A stretch of 64,000 bases of DNA from an uncultured Gammaproteobacteria bacterium (GTDB taxonomy: Bacteria > Patescibacteriota > Microgenomatia > Woykebacterales > RBG-16-39-9b). The stretch is taken from positions 138,549 to 202,548 of the forward strand of contig CAYHXX010000001.1 of NCBI GenBank assembly GCA_964360785.1, written 5' to 3'. Numbering within the stretch: position 1 is the stretch's first letter; every line of letters starts with the position of its first letter. The notes beneath the pieces were generated by a model. It made no database searches, had not been told where the DNA came from, and saw only the letters and a list, made by a program, of their open reading frames with translations. Shown here piece by piece: positions 44,479 through 54,783 of this stretch. The position numbers and the translations under genes are program-made.

Positions 44479-45741
44479 TCAAAGTTTTGGCAGAAACTGC
44501 TTCGAACGCAACTTGCGATGATAGGTGATGGCAAACCGATGCGCCTCATCTCGAATCCTCTGAAGTAGAAGCAGTGCCAGTGAGTTTTTTGGCAATCTTA
44601 ATACCTGTTTCTCGCCTCCTCGATAAATTTCTTCATTTTTTTTCGCCAAACCAATCACCGGAATTTCAAGCTCCAAAGTCTCGAGTACTGCGGCTGCGGC
44701 ATTCAACTGTGTTCTTCCACCATCGACTACTATCAGATTTGGAAACTCCCAATCATTGTGAAATCGTCTGGTTAAAACCTCGGCCATAGAGGCTGGATCA
44801 TTGATACCAGAAACAGTTTTTATCTTGAAGCGTCGGTACTCGTCTTTATTGATTTTACCGTCCGTTAATACAACCATTGAACCAACACTATTGGACCCTT
44901 GGATATTGGAGATATCGTAACATTCAATACGAGCAGGTAGCTGCCCTAAACCCAAACTTTCTGCAAACGCGTTTAATTGCAACTGATAAACCCCTTCAAG
45001 TGCATCGGGTCCGTCAAGATATTTGTCGATTTCTTCATAACGTCTGGTTGTCTTTTCAACAGCAGAAATTTTGTCTCTCCACTTACTAGCTTCTTCAAAA
45101 TCCATTTTTCTTGCTGAGTTGTCCATATCCTTCTTTAGGTTTGAAAGTAGCGCGTTTGTATTGCCGTTTAAAAAACTCTCAAGTTTTCTAAGGGTTTTTC
45201 GATATTCCATTTTGCTGATTGCACCAATACAAACTCCAGGACACAAACCAAGGTGGTAGGAAAGGCAGGCTTTGCCGGAAATGGGTCTACAGTTTGTTCT
45301 AAAGGGAAAGATCTTACGGACTACTCTCAGGGTGTCACGAGCTGCTTTAGCTGTTGTGAAAGGTCCAAAATATTGCTTTGAGAGGGTAGTATCTCTTTTC
45401 CTGCCTGTTGTCACCTTGGGAAAGTCTTCATTTGTAAAAACAATGTAAAGGTAGTCCTTATCATCTTTCAAGCGTGCATTGTAAAAAGGTTGATGCTGCT
45501 TAATGAATTTCGCCTCAAGCAACAAGGCCTCGATGTCTGAGACAACCTCAATAAAGTCAATTTTTGCAATGTTTTCGACTAACGAGCGTGTCTTTATACT
45601 TTCTAGGTTTTTTTGAAAATAGCTAGAAACTCTGTTTCTCAAGTTGATGGCTTTACCAACATATATAACAGTGCCAGTCTTGTCGCGAAAAAAATAAACA
45701 CCCGGAAAACTCGGAAGTTTTTTGAAGTCCTGAACTTTCAT
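44479..45741 (-). CDS. uvrC: Excinuclease ABC subunit C (short form)
   Basis: PGVY..IYVGKAINLRNRVSSY GIY-YIG, UVR domain, RIECYDIS, VDGGRTQL, QRIRDEAHRFA. Confidence 0.92.
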   Translation of the reverse strand: MKVQDFKKLPSFPGVYFFRDKTGTVIYVGKAINLRNRVSSYFQKNLESIKTRSLVENIAKIDFIEVVSDIEALLLEAKFIKQHQPFYNARLKDDKDYLYIVFTNEDFPKVTTGRKRDTTLSKQYFGPFTTAKAARDTLRVVRKIFPFRTNCRPISGKACLSYHLGLCPGVCIGAISKMEYRKTLRKLESFLNGNTNALLSNLKKDMDNSARKMDFEEASKWRDKISAVEKTTRRYEEIDKYLDGPDALEGVYQLQLNAFAESLGLGQLPARIECYDISNIQGSNSVGSMVVLTDGKINKDEYRRFKIKTVSGINDPASMAEVLTRRFHNDWEFPNLIVVDGGRTQLNAAAAVLETLELEIPVIGLAKKNEEIYRGGEKQVLRLPKNSLALLLLQRIRDEAHRFAITYHRKLRSKQFLPKL

Positions 45742-45766
45742 GTTGTTGGTAGTATACCAAATGAGG

Positions 45767-47673
45767 CTAGTGGTTCGGATTTCGCCAACGGTAGAAATAG
45801 GGATACAAAAAGGAAACTGCTACCAAAAGTAAAACTACAAGCAATCCAATCTGTTGGGCTTCGAGGCTAAAGAAGGGCTTTACAAACAATTGTTTACTTT
45901 CTTTTAGCTTTATTTCTTTTTGTCCATCTTTCCCACTAAGATCAAAGATTAGTTTTGCCTGTTTGTTGTCAAGTAAAGAGTCGCTACGAACTCTTAAGTC
46001 AAAACTGCGTTTTTCAAATGGAAGTATGATACCTAGATCTTTCTCCTTCGGCTCGATAATCCCAAGAGTAGAGTTGTCAGAAGTTATTGCCAGTTTGGAA
46101 CTAAATACTGCCCGACCCGTCTGGTTTTCAATAGTTACCTTTCCCCTGGATGGGAATCCTGAAACAACTTTTTCTTTGTTGTAGATGATTTTTGGCTCAG
46201 CTGCAAATTTTACCTCCTCATTGCTAAACTCTACCTTTACATCATCAGTTTGGCTTGGAGAAGTTTTGTAAGCTCCGGCTGGAAGTGGCTCCTCACTAGA
46301 GACACCGTTGATAGCAAATACAAAGTGGTTTGTATCAAGCTTGGTAAAATAATCCAAACCACCAGTGGTCGATCCCCAAGTCGGATCAACCTGAATCCAG
46401 CGACCTTTTTCTTTATCATAGTATTCTGGCCAGGCGTGGAGTACGGTGGTGTCCACCAAACCTTCGATCTTAGTTGGTCTCAGGTTCGTATTGTCTGTGT
46501 AGGCAAATCCCACTACACCCCGAGCCGGAATACCCTTTGCCCGAGCCAGAGCGACAAAAAGGTCAGAGAAATCGGTACAAATTGATTTTTCTGGTTGATT
46601 AAAGGCATTCAAAGAGCCTCTTCTGCCTAGAGAATTGGACTGCAACCGCGAATAGTCGTATTTTAGTGTTGTCGTGACATAGTTATAGATTTCTTCTATA
46701 TTTTTAAGTTCTTTTGCTTTCTTTTGAATTTGTTGATTCTCAGAATCAATATATTTATCGCTTTTTACAAAAAGTTTGAGATCCGCTTCGGTCCAATTTT
46801 TTGGTTTCTGCACTGAGGTTTCTGAATCAAATATCTTGACCAAACCCTTGGCAATCACTTCGAGATTACTACCACCTTTGATACTGTATTCGGCAATATA
46901 GTTTCCAGACGGGTCGACAGACATAACAGTTGGCCTTGGATCCAAACTCTGGTAATAGAGTGCTTGATATTCAGTATCAGGCGGTAAGGTAATTTTTCCT
47001 TTTGCCGGGTAGACATTCTTATTTTTATAACGATATTTGAGTGTAAAACTAAAAAGCTGAAACTCTCCAAAATTAGCGTTTATCCCGCTAATCGAATTTT
47101 TTGTGAAAACATAATTTGTTGCTGCTAGAGTTTCGCTCGTCTGATCAGCAAGTGGGGACATCTTTCCAAGCGGACCAAAGCTCTTGGGGACAGATAAACT
47201 AAGTTTGTAGGAGGACAGGTTTTCATTGGTAACTATTTGCGGTACATTTATTTCCCACACCTTTCCTCTTTTGAGAGCCAGTGAATCAATCGTGTAATTT
47301 ATTTTGAAGTTTACTGATTTTCCCTGACCAACTATCTGCTGGTTGAGTTTGGCAATCAGTACCGTTGAACTTTCTTGAGCCTTTGTGGAAATACTGAGTG
47401 ACCCCAGCCCATCAGTTCCAGACACATCCGTTACTTTGTCTGAACCAGTTGTGATCGAATACTCTGAAGCGAAATAATCTTTAGTCAGATTTGTCAGGGT
47501 AATATTGTGAGCTACCCGCGCCTGACCGTTGTCACCAAAGGTAAAACTGATGTCATAGCCGGTGGAAAACTGTGCACTTGCCTCTACACTCTGCTTGGCA
47601 GGCAGAAAACCTAATAATAGCAAGAACAGTAGGATTGTTGAAAAAAGACGTTGAGTGAGATTTTTTATGGGCA
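45767..47673 (-). CDS. Secreted/membrane-anchored transglutaminase-like domain protein
   Basis: Signal peptide, ICTDFSDLFVALARAKGIPAR, HAWPEYY, WIQVDPTW, C-terminal TM; start uncertain. Confidence 0.85.
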
Positions 47674-47717
47674 TGTGTATATAAGCGATTTTATCAATAA
47701 TCTTTCCCGGGCGCAAT

Positions 47718-50615
47718 TTAGACAATTTGTACCACAGAGTGTTTGAGTAGATATTTACCCGTCGCGCTAGTCTTATCTTTAATAATTTCTTGAACTGTCC
47801 CCGCAGCTACAACCCGACCACCTTTCTCTCCACCTTCAGGCCCTAAATCAATTATATAGTCTGCAGTTTTGACAACATCGAGATTGTGCTCAATCACCAA
47901 AACAGTGTTTCCCATTTCGACGAGGCGATGAAGCACAGTCAAGAGATTCTCTATATCCGCAAAATGAAGTCCAGTCGTCGGCTCATCAAGAATATAAAAA
48001 GTCTTACCGCTGGACCTGCGCGAAAGCTCTGATGCGAGCTTTACTCTCTGCGCCTCTCCTCCTGAAAGGGTCGTTGCCGGTTGTCCCAAACGCATATACC
48101 CTAAACCAACCTCATTTAGAGTCCCAATCTTGGCTTTTATTGACGGGATCTTATCAAAAAATTCTGATGCTTCTTCGACTGTCAAATCCAAGATCTCAGA
48201 AATATTTTTACCTTTGAAAGTAATTTCCAGTGCCTCACGATTGTAACGCTTGCCCTGACAGGTCTCACAAGTGACGTATACATCAGGCAAAAACTGCATC
48301 TCAATTTTAATCAAACCATCACCCTGACAAGTTTCACAGCGTCCGCCTTTGACGTTAAAGGAAAACCTACCAGCAGAATAGCCTCTGGCCTTGGCATCGG
48401 GGGTGGAAGCAAAGATTTCTCTAATGTTGGTAAAGGCTCCAGTATAAGTAGCCGGATTACTACGCGGTGTTCGCCCAATTGGGGACTGATCAATATCAAT
48501 TACTTTATCAAGATTTTCTACACCTTCAATGCTGTCAAACTCGCCTGGTTTTACTTTTGTATGATAAATTCGTGCTGATAAAGCCTTCTGGAGAACGTCC
48601 TCAACCAAGGTCGATTTCCCACTACCCGAAACTCCAGTGACACAGACAAACTTACCCAAGGGAATCTCAACATCAATATTTTTTAGGTTATGTTCGCGTG
48701 CACCTTTGATAACTAATTTTTTTGTATTTTCAACTCGTTTAAATTTTCCTAGACCCGATCCTACCCGCTTCCTGTTAGAGAGGAAAGCACCGGTGATTGA
48801 GTCTTTGTTCTTTGCTACCTCTGTTGGAGTCCCTTCGGCAATGACTTCCCCTCCATGCTCGCCTGCTCCAGGCCCGATATCAACTAGGTAGTCAGCAGCA
48901 AACATTACTTCCTTATCATGCTCAACTACAATAACCGTATTTCCAAGATCCCTTAAGTCCAATAATGTCTTTATTAATTTATCGTTATCCTGAGGATGAA
49001 GACCAATTGTCGGTTCATCCAAAACATACAAAACCCCGGACAAGCCGGAACCAATCTGCGAAGCGAGTCGAATTCTCTGCGCTTCTCCCCCAGCTAAAGT
49101 AGCGGAACCGCGGTTGATAGTCAGGTAGCCCAACCCCACATCTAGCAAAAACTTCAACCGACTGTTTATTTCTTTAAGGACTTGCTTGGCAATTTGTGCT
49201 TCCTTTTCAGACAAAACCAGATTTGTAAACCAAGAACTGACTTCCTCGATTGAAAGATTGGAAACTTCGACTATTGATTTCTTCTGAATTGTTATAAAAA
49301 GCGCTTCCCGCTTTATTCTGGCTCCTTGGCAAGTGTCACAGGGTTCTTCGCGCATGTATTTTTCTATCTCTCTTTTTACCCACTCACTTTCAGTCTCCTT
49401 GTAACGGCGCATTAATTCTGGAATTAAACCTTCAAAAGCGGTTGCAAAAGTGATTGTTTTACCAAAACGGTTTCTGCCACTGACTTTAAAAGTCTCACTC
49501 TCACTACCTTCCAAAATGACATCAACAATTTCGGTGGGCAGTTCCTTTATCGGAGTCGAGAGTGAAAAATTAAGATGTTCTGAGAGTGCCTCAATTCTAC
49601 GAGTCGACCAAGTATCATGAGACATCATTCGGCTCCAAGGGTAGATCGCACCTTCACTAATCGAAAGGTTTTTGTTTGGAATCACCAAGTCTTTATCGAC
49701 TGTCAACCGAATTCCCAAACCGTCACAACTGTTGCAGGCTCCGTGTGGAGAGTTGAACGAAAAGGTCCTGGGCTCAATTTCAGGTAAAGATAAACCGTGT
49801 TCAGGACAAGCAAACTTTTCTGAGAAAAGCTTGTCGTCAACAGCATCCCCACCAAGTATTAACATACCTTCACCAAAACGAAGAGCAGTTTCCACGGTTT
49901 CTGTCAATCTTTGTTGGTCAACCTCACCCAACACTCTATCAATTACTGCCTCAATATCATGAATCTTGTAGCGATCAAGCGACGGTACTTCGTCTATTTC
50001 GTAAACCTTCCCATCGACTCTAGTTCTGACCAAACCTTGTTTCTTAAGCTCACGAAAAGTTTCTTCATAAGTACCTTTACGGCCTTTGACTATCGGCGCC
50101 AAAATGTAAAAAAGTTTTTTCTGACTGTCTGACCCCTGATTACTGTTTTCTGATATCTGTTTACTGATCTGATCAACTATTTCTTGTACAGTCTGAGCTT
50201 TGATTTCTTTACCATCAATAGGACAATGCGGAGTACCTACCCTTGCCCAAAGCAAGCGCATATAGTCATAAATTTCGGTAATCGTCCCAACAGTTGAACG
50301 GGGATTTTTGGAAACAGTTTTTTGATCGATTGAGATAGCCGGAGAAAGCCCTTCGATCTGATCAACATCCGGCTTTTCCATCAAACCAAGGAATTGCCGA
50401 GCATAAGCAGAGAGGGATTCAACGTAGCGTCTTTGTCCTTCGGCATAGATCGTGTCAAAAGCAAGGGAGCTTTTTCCGCTCCCGGAAATTCCAGTTATAA
50501 CAACGAGTGAGTTTTTGGGAAGCTCTAAATCAATATTTTTTAGGTTGTGCTCTCTAGCACCACGAATTGTGAGTTTATCGGCCTTCATCGTATCTTTCTT
50601 TGCTAAGGGCCACAA
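47718..50615 (-). CDS. uvrA: Excinuclease ABC subunit A
   Basis: GAREHNLK, GISGSGKSS, EGQRRYVES, two ABC modules and zinc fingers. Confidence 0.97.
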   Translation of the reverse strand: MWPLAKKDTMKADKLTIRGAREHNLKNIDLELPKNSLVVITGISGSGKSSLAFDTIYAEGQRRYVESLSAYARQFLGLMEKPDVDQIEGLSPAISIDQKTVSKNPRSTVGTITEIYDYMRLLWARVGTPHCPIDGKEIKAQTVQEIVDQISKQISENSNQGSDSQKKLFYILAPIVKGRKGTYEETFRELKKQGLVRTRVDGKVYEIDEVPSLDRYKIHDIEAVIDRVLGEVDQQRLTETVETALRFGEGMLILGGDAVDDKLFSEKFACPEHGLSLPEIEPRTFSFNSPHGACNSCDGLGIRLTVDKDLVIPNKNLSISEGAIYPWSRMMSHDTWSTRRIEALSEHLNFSLSTPIKELPTEIVDVILEGSESETFKVSGRNRFGKTITFATAFEGLIPELMRRYKETESEWVKREIEKYMREEPCDTCQGARIKREALFITIQKKSIVEVSNLSIEEVSSWFTNLVLSEKEAQIAKQVLKEINSRLKFLLDVGLGYLTINRGSATLAGGEAQRIRLASQIGSGLSGVLYVLDEPTIGLHPQDNDKLIKTLLDLRDLGNTVIVVEHDKEVMFAADYLVDIGPGAGEHGGEVIAEGTPTEVAKNKDSITGAFLSNRKRVGSGLGKFKRVENTKKLVIKGAREHNLKNIDVEIPLGKFVCVTGVSGSGKSTLVEDVLQKALSARIYHTKVKPGEFDSIEGVENLDKVIDIDQSPIGRTPRSNPATYTGAFTNIREIFASTPDAKARGYSAGRFSFNVKGGRCETCQGDGLIKIEMQFLPDVYVTCETCQGKRYNREALEITFKGKNISEILDLTVEEASEFFDKIPSIKAKIGTLNEVGLGYMRLGQPATTLSGGEAQRVKLASELSRRSSGKTFYILDEPTTGLHFADIENLLTVLHRLVEMGNTVLVIEHNLDVVKTADYIIDLGPEGGEKGGRVVAAGTVQEIIKDKTSATGKYLLKHSVVQIV

Positions 50616-50675
50616 AATTGCCGAACGATTCTATCAAGAAAGTAAATATTTTACAAGGGTACTGTCACTTAACCA

Positions 50676-50704
50676 TTGACAAATATTGTTTTCTCAGGTA
50701 ATAT
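50676..50704 (+). promoter_or_regulatory. Sigma70-like promoter divergent from uvrA
   Basis: TTGACA-17nt-TAATAT. Confidence 0.7.
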
Positions 50705-50710
50705 AGCTTG

Positions 50711-50955
50711 CTTAGTTTGGTTACATGCGTGCTGGTGATCGGAGGCGGGGCCGGTTGCTGGGTAACACGTTGTAAACATCGGGGATGGCGGCTTGTCTAC
50801 CTCCCCTCGATGAATTTTCCGTCTCAGGTAAGGAAGGTGTCACTTGTTCCTCCTGAGATTTCACGTCTGCTGCACTGAACGTAACCGCCCCAAATGTACG
50901 TATCAGGCCAGCAGACACCCTCTCTCGTGTGCACCCGCGAGAGTTCTTTCTTTTT
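50711..50955 (+). ncRNA. Candidate structured ncRNA or leader (~240 nt), family unassigned
   Basis: GC-rich; nested helices GCTGGTGAT/ATCAGGCCAGC, GGGGCCGGTTGC/GTAACCGCCCC, CATCGGGGA/TCCCCTCGATG, TCTCAGG/CCTGAGA; ends in CTCTCG..CGAGAG + T-rich tail. Confidence 0.65.
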
Positions 50956-51004
50956 CTAAACAATTCCATATTTGTTATAATTCCCTCGGTTAAGGAGGTG
51001 CCAA

Positions 51005-51247
51005 TTGGTTACCAGCACTTCTAGAAGTAAGCAAGAGATCAGGAATCTGCTAACAATCGCGAACTATCTTTCTGAAAACAGTCGAGTTCGAGGTCAAACC
51101 CGTGATCAGATAGCAATCGCTGACACTCTTAGATGGGTACTCGGGGAAGAAGATGTAGAGATTGCCGGATACTTCCGCGGAAATATCGCAGCTATATACG
51201 GGAACAAGATCGGAACCGAACTTATCCAGGAATGGGCAAATGATTAG
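51005..51247 (+). CDS. Small hypothetical protein
   Basis: AAGGAGGTG RBS before TTG; 80 aa. Confidence 0.6.
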   Translation: MVTSTSRSKQEIRNLLTIANYLSENSRVRGQTRDQIAIADTLRWVLGEEDVEIAGYFRGNIAAIYGNKIGTELIQEWAND

Positions 51248-51455
51248 ATTTGCAGTTTGGCTTGAATCGCTAGGAAATAAGCTCTATATCGGAGTGCTGA
51301 TATTCTTTGCAGCTTTTTGTTCCTTCTTCGGTTACCTCTTTGCTAGAGAGATACCAATCTGGAGAGCGGTTCTAGCCATGGCTCTGGGATACACAATTGT
51401 AATCCTCATATGTGTATATGCGATGGTGGTTACCTCAAGCAACAGGACGGCCTAA
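51240..51455 (+). CDS. Small 2-TM membrane protein
   Basis: ATG overlaps upstream stop region; MIRFAVWLESLG...two hydrophobic helices. Confidence 0.55.
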   Translation: MIRFAVWLESLGNKLYIGVLIFFAAFCSFFGYLFAREIPIWRAVLAMALGYTIVILICVYAMVVTSSNRTA

Positions 51456-51468
51456 CAAGTCGTCCTTT

Positions 51469-53481
51469 TTATTTGACCTGATCAGGGGTAATTGTTTCTG
51501 GTACAGGTAAATCTCTAGTCCTTAATTCAATCAATTGGTCTCGAATCAAAGCTGCCCGTTCAAAATCCAAATTCTCTGCGGCTGTCCCCATTTCCCTTTC
51601 CAAATCTTTAATTAATTTTTTGATCTCAGTTTTTGGTACTTTGGAAAAATCTATTTCTTCGGCTGTAGTTACCTCGGGCTGAATTTCGGCTAACCGCTCG
51701 GAAATATCGTGAATTGTCTTTTGAATTGATTGAGCAGTAATATTATGCTCTTGATTATATTTAACTTGTATTTCCCGTCGACGGTCTGTTTCGTCAATTG
51801 CCTGTTGCATTGACCCAGTTACCTTATCTGCATACATTATCACTCTTGAACCAACCCTTCGTGCAGCTCTTCCAATTGTCTGTATCATTGCTGTTTTTGA
51901 ACGCAGAAAACCTTCTTTATCCGCATCCATGATCGCCACCAACGATACCTCCGGTAGATCAAGACCTTCACGAAGTAAGTTCACCCCAACCAGTACGTCA
52001 TAAATTCCTTTCCGCAAATCCGCAAGTATTCGCACCCGTTCGAGAGTATCTATTTCAAAATGAATGTACATGACATTTATTTCCCGCTCCTTCAAATACT
52101 CACTCAGCTCTTCCGCCATCTTCCTGGTTAAAGTAGTTACAAGCACTCTTTCGTTCTTTTTCACACGAACTTGTATTTCTCCAATAAGGTTTGGTATTTG
52201 CTCCGTGGTTGGCCTAACCTCGATTTCAGGATCAACTATTCCCGTTGGTCGAATGATCTGCTCAACTACCTGCTGCGACATTGAGACTTCATAATCTGTT
52301 GGCGTGGCGCTGGTATAGACAACTTGGTTGATATGACGAGAGAATTCCTCAAAGTTTAGAGGCCGATTGTCATACGCAGAAGGCAAACGGAATCCATGAT
52401 CGACTAACATACCCTTGCGAGCTTTCTCCCCGTGCCACATACCTCGAATTTGCGGCAAGGTCATGTGCGACTCATCAATCACGAGTAGAAAGTCTTTAGG
52501 AAAGTAATCGAGTAAAGTGTATGGGGGATCCCCTGGCTTTCGACCATCAAAATAACGGCTGTAATTTTCAATTCCATTACAGTAACCGAGCTGCTCAATC
52601 ATTTCCAAATCATAATTGGTTCGACTTTCCAACCGTTGCGCCTCAACTAGTTTGTTTTGGTCCTTGAGTTCTTTTAACCTCATCTCAAGATCTCTACGAA
52701 TTTCTTGAATTGGCTGCTTATAGTCTTGCTGCGGCATAACATAGTGTCTGGCTGGGAAGACAGAAAACTTCGATAATACCTCCAATCGTGCACCTGAAAC
52801 AGAATCAATTCGTTCAATCCTCTCAATAGTCTCCCCAAGCAAACTGACACGAACGATAAACTCTTCATCAGCTGGATAAATCTCAAAAGTGTCCCCCTTG
52901 ACACGAAAGGTACCGCGTTTGAGTTCAAAATCGTTGCGCTCGTACTGAATATTATTCAGGTTTCGGAAAATATCTTTTGGAATTACTCTTTCTCCGACTG
53001 TTAGATTGACTAGGCTTTGCTGGTATAGAACCGGCGAACCAAGGTTGTAGATACAAGAAACCGAGGCCACTATCAAAACATCGTTGCGAGTTAGTAGTGC
53101 TTTGGTCGCTGCTAAACGCAACCGATCGATTTCCTGATTGATGGCCGCATCTTTCTCGATATAGAGATCAATCTGCGGAACATAGGCTTCTGGTTGATAG
53201 TAGTCATAGTAGGAAACAAAATATTCGATTGCATTTTTGGGAAAGAATTCTCGGTATTCACTCGCTAACTGGGCTGCTAAGGTTTTGTTGTGAGCAATAA
53301 CTAGAGTTGGCTTGTTGAGGCTGGTAACGAGGTTGGCGACGGTGAAAGTTTTCCCTGTACCAGTGGCACCAAGTAAAGTTTGGTGTTTGTAACCTGCTTT
53401 CAAACCTTTAGTCAACTTTTCAATCGCCTGCGGTTGATCACCCGTTGGTTGAAACGGAAAATTAAGTTCAAATTTGTTCAT
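51469..53481 (-). CDS. uvrB: Excinuclease ABC subunit B
   Basis: PTGDQP, GATGTGKT, YYDYYQPEAY, IDESH, DNRPL, LLREGLDLPEV; start MNKFEL. Confidence 0.97.
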   Translation of the reverse strand: MNKFELNFPFQPTGDQPQAIEKLTKGLKAGYKHQTLLGATGTGKTFTVANLVTSLNKPTLVIAHNKTLAAQLASEYREFFPKNAIEYFVSYYDYYQPEAYVPQIDLYIEKDAAINQEIDRLRLAATKALLTRNDVLIVASVSCIYNLGSPVLYQQSLVNLTVGERVIPKDIFRNLNNIQYERNDFELKRGTFRVKGDTFEIYPADEEFIVRVSLLGETIERIERIDSVSGARLEVLSKFSVFPARHYVMPQQDYKQPIQEIRRDLEMRLKELKDQNKLVEAQRLESRTNYDLEMIEQLGYCNGIENYSRYFDGRKPGDPPYTLLDYFPKDFLLVIDESHMTLPQIRGMWHGEKARKGMLVDHGFRLPSAYDNRPLNFEEFSRHINQVVYTSATPTDYEVSMSQQVVEQIIRPTGIVDPEIEVRPTTEQIPNLIGEIQVRVKKNERVLVTTLTRKMAEELSEYLKEREINVMYIHFEIDTLERVRILADLRKGIYDVLVGVNLLREGLDLPEVSLVAIMDADKEGFLRSKTAMIQTIGRAARRVGSRVIMYADKVTGSMQQAIDETDRRREIQVKYNQEHNITAQSIQKTIHDISERLAEIQPEVTTAEEIDFSKVPKTEIKKLIKDLEREMGTAAENLDFERAALIRDQLIELRTRDLPVPETITPDQVK

Positions 53482-53521
53482 CAAAATGGATTTTAACCTA
53501 AAAAGGAAATTAGAACTAGTA

Positions 53522-53958
53522 GAAAAGGTGACCGCAGACAACAGATGTGGTGGAGATCAATCCCAACATCTACGTCTGCGGCCAAACAACAACGGTCGAG
53601 CTGCGTACTGTGTAAATAGCTAACACTTCGCGCTCAACACGGAGTTAAAAAGTTGGCAGGAGCCGGCTTGAACCAGAAAACCGGAAAGGAGGCGACGATA
53701 ACGATGGGGGCAAGCAGAACCCACCGTCTGGTTAAACTCCCACTGTATCTCGCAACAGTCTCTCCCGCCTACCTGCCTACACTGGGACTCTAGGGGAGCT
53801 ATGAGTGCCCAGATTCAGCCGTTAAACGCACCCAAGGAACGAACTGCCGTAGCTTATGTTCCCCAGGATCGCACAACCGATCGAAACGTTCCAGGCGTAA
53901 TTTCGGTCAAGTCGTGGCCGCACTAAATATCGCCAAGAGGCGTGATCTCTCATTTTTA
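53522..53958 (-). ncRNA. Candidate large structured RNA (~430 nt) in the uvrB leader, family unassigned
   Basis: No credible ORF; many helices whose G-U pairs work only on the minus strand; own promoter; long terminal hairpin. Confidence 0.75.
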
Positions 53959-53965
53959 TTCTCAG

Positions 53966-53994
53966 ATCTTAGCACAGAATCCAACCTTTAGCAA
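53966..53994 (-). promoter_or_regulatory. Sigma70-like promoter for the large RNA / uvrB
   Basis: TTGCTA-17nt-TAAGAT with TG extended -10. Confidence 0.65.
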
Positions 53995-54050
53995 AAAATG
54001 GCAGCTTAACTTGATCTAGTTAACAAGTAAAAAGGAGTGTTTTGTCCCAG

Positions 54051-54080
54051 TTGACACACAACCGAAAAAGTCGCGATAAT
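54051..54080 (+). promoter_or_regulatory. lexA promoter
   Basis: TTGACA-18nt-GATAAT; AGGAGG RBS downstream. Confidence 0.65.
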
Positions 54081-54118
54081 TAGACCATAAATTACCCAAA
54101 CTTACCTTAGGAGGACTT

Positions 54119-54739
54119 ATGCCACCAGTTGTTTATAGACGCCAACGCGATTTACTAGAATTTATTTCCCAATTCATGCAAAAAAGGGGCTACGCACCAA
54201 CACTTGCTGAGATCTGCGACGGTTTGGGATTGCGCTCCCCTGCTACTGTCCATGAACATATCCAGAATCTGATCGAAAAAGGTTTACTCAAAAAAACCGA
54301 AGGGGCCCGCCGTGGTCTGGAAGTGGTAGATCAAAAGGTTATGGGCTGGCTACCAAATGGAGTTGAACTTCCACTCATGGGCAATATTGCCGCTGGACAA
54401 CCAATTGAGGCAATTACCGATCCCTCTGCAACTATTACAGTTCCGGCTGACATGGTCGGAACCAAACGTACCTATGTGCTCCAAGTAAAGGGCGACTCAA
54501 TGATTGAAGCCGCAATTCTTGACGGAGATTATGTTTTGATAGAGCAGTCCGAAACTGCTGAGAATGGCCAAATTGTGGTGGCAGTCTTAAACGGTAACTT
54601 CGCCACACTGAAACGCTATTACAAGGAGTTTGACCATGTCCGACTGGAGCCAGCAAACTCAACGATGAACCCAATCATTGTCCGCGGTGATATCCAGATA
54701 CAGGGAAAAGTAACGGGAGTGATTCGCAAGTTCCACTAA
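54119..54739 (+). CDS. lexA: SOS repressor LexA
   Basis: GYAPTLAEI..GLRSPATVHEH wHTH, IAAGQP cleavage site, VKGDSMI, ATLKR. Confidence 0.96.
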   Translation: MPPVVYRRQRDLLEFISQFMQKRGYAPTLAEICDGLGLRSPATVHEHIQNLIEKGLLKKTEGARRGLEVVDQKVMGWLPNGVELPLMGNIAAGQPIEAITDPSATITVPADMVGTKRTYVLQVKGDSMIEAAILDGDYVLIEQSETAENGQIVVAVLNGNFATLKRYYKEFDHVRLEPANSTMNPIIVRGDIQIQGKVTGVIRKFH

Positions 54740-54783
54740 ACAAACTTGCAGGCAATTTTTCAATAAGTTAAGCTATTAGATAC

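Noticed and set aside
50721-50969. 82-aa minus-strand ORF
   Set aside because: It overlaps the plus-strand structured RNA with promoter and terminator and has no RBS or motif.
53522-53958. tmRNA, RNase P, group I intron or c-di-AMP riboswitch as identity of the large RNA
   Set aside because: ATCTCCACCA lies inside a hairpin with no T-arm; GAGGAAAGTCC is absent; AGAGACT/GATACAGT form a local hairpin rather than P7; GCTGAATC and TAACTCCGT recall ydaO but the remaining consensus is missing. Needs cmscan to exclude formally.
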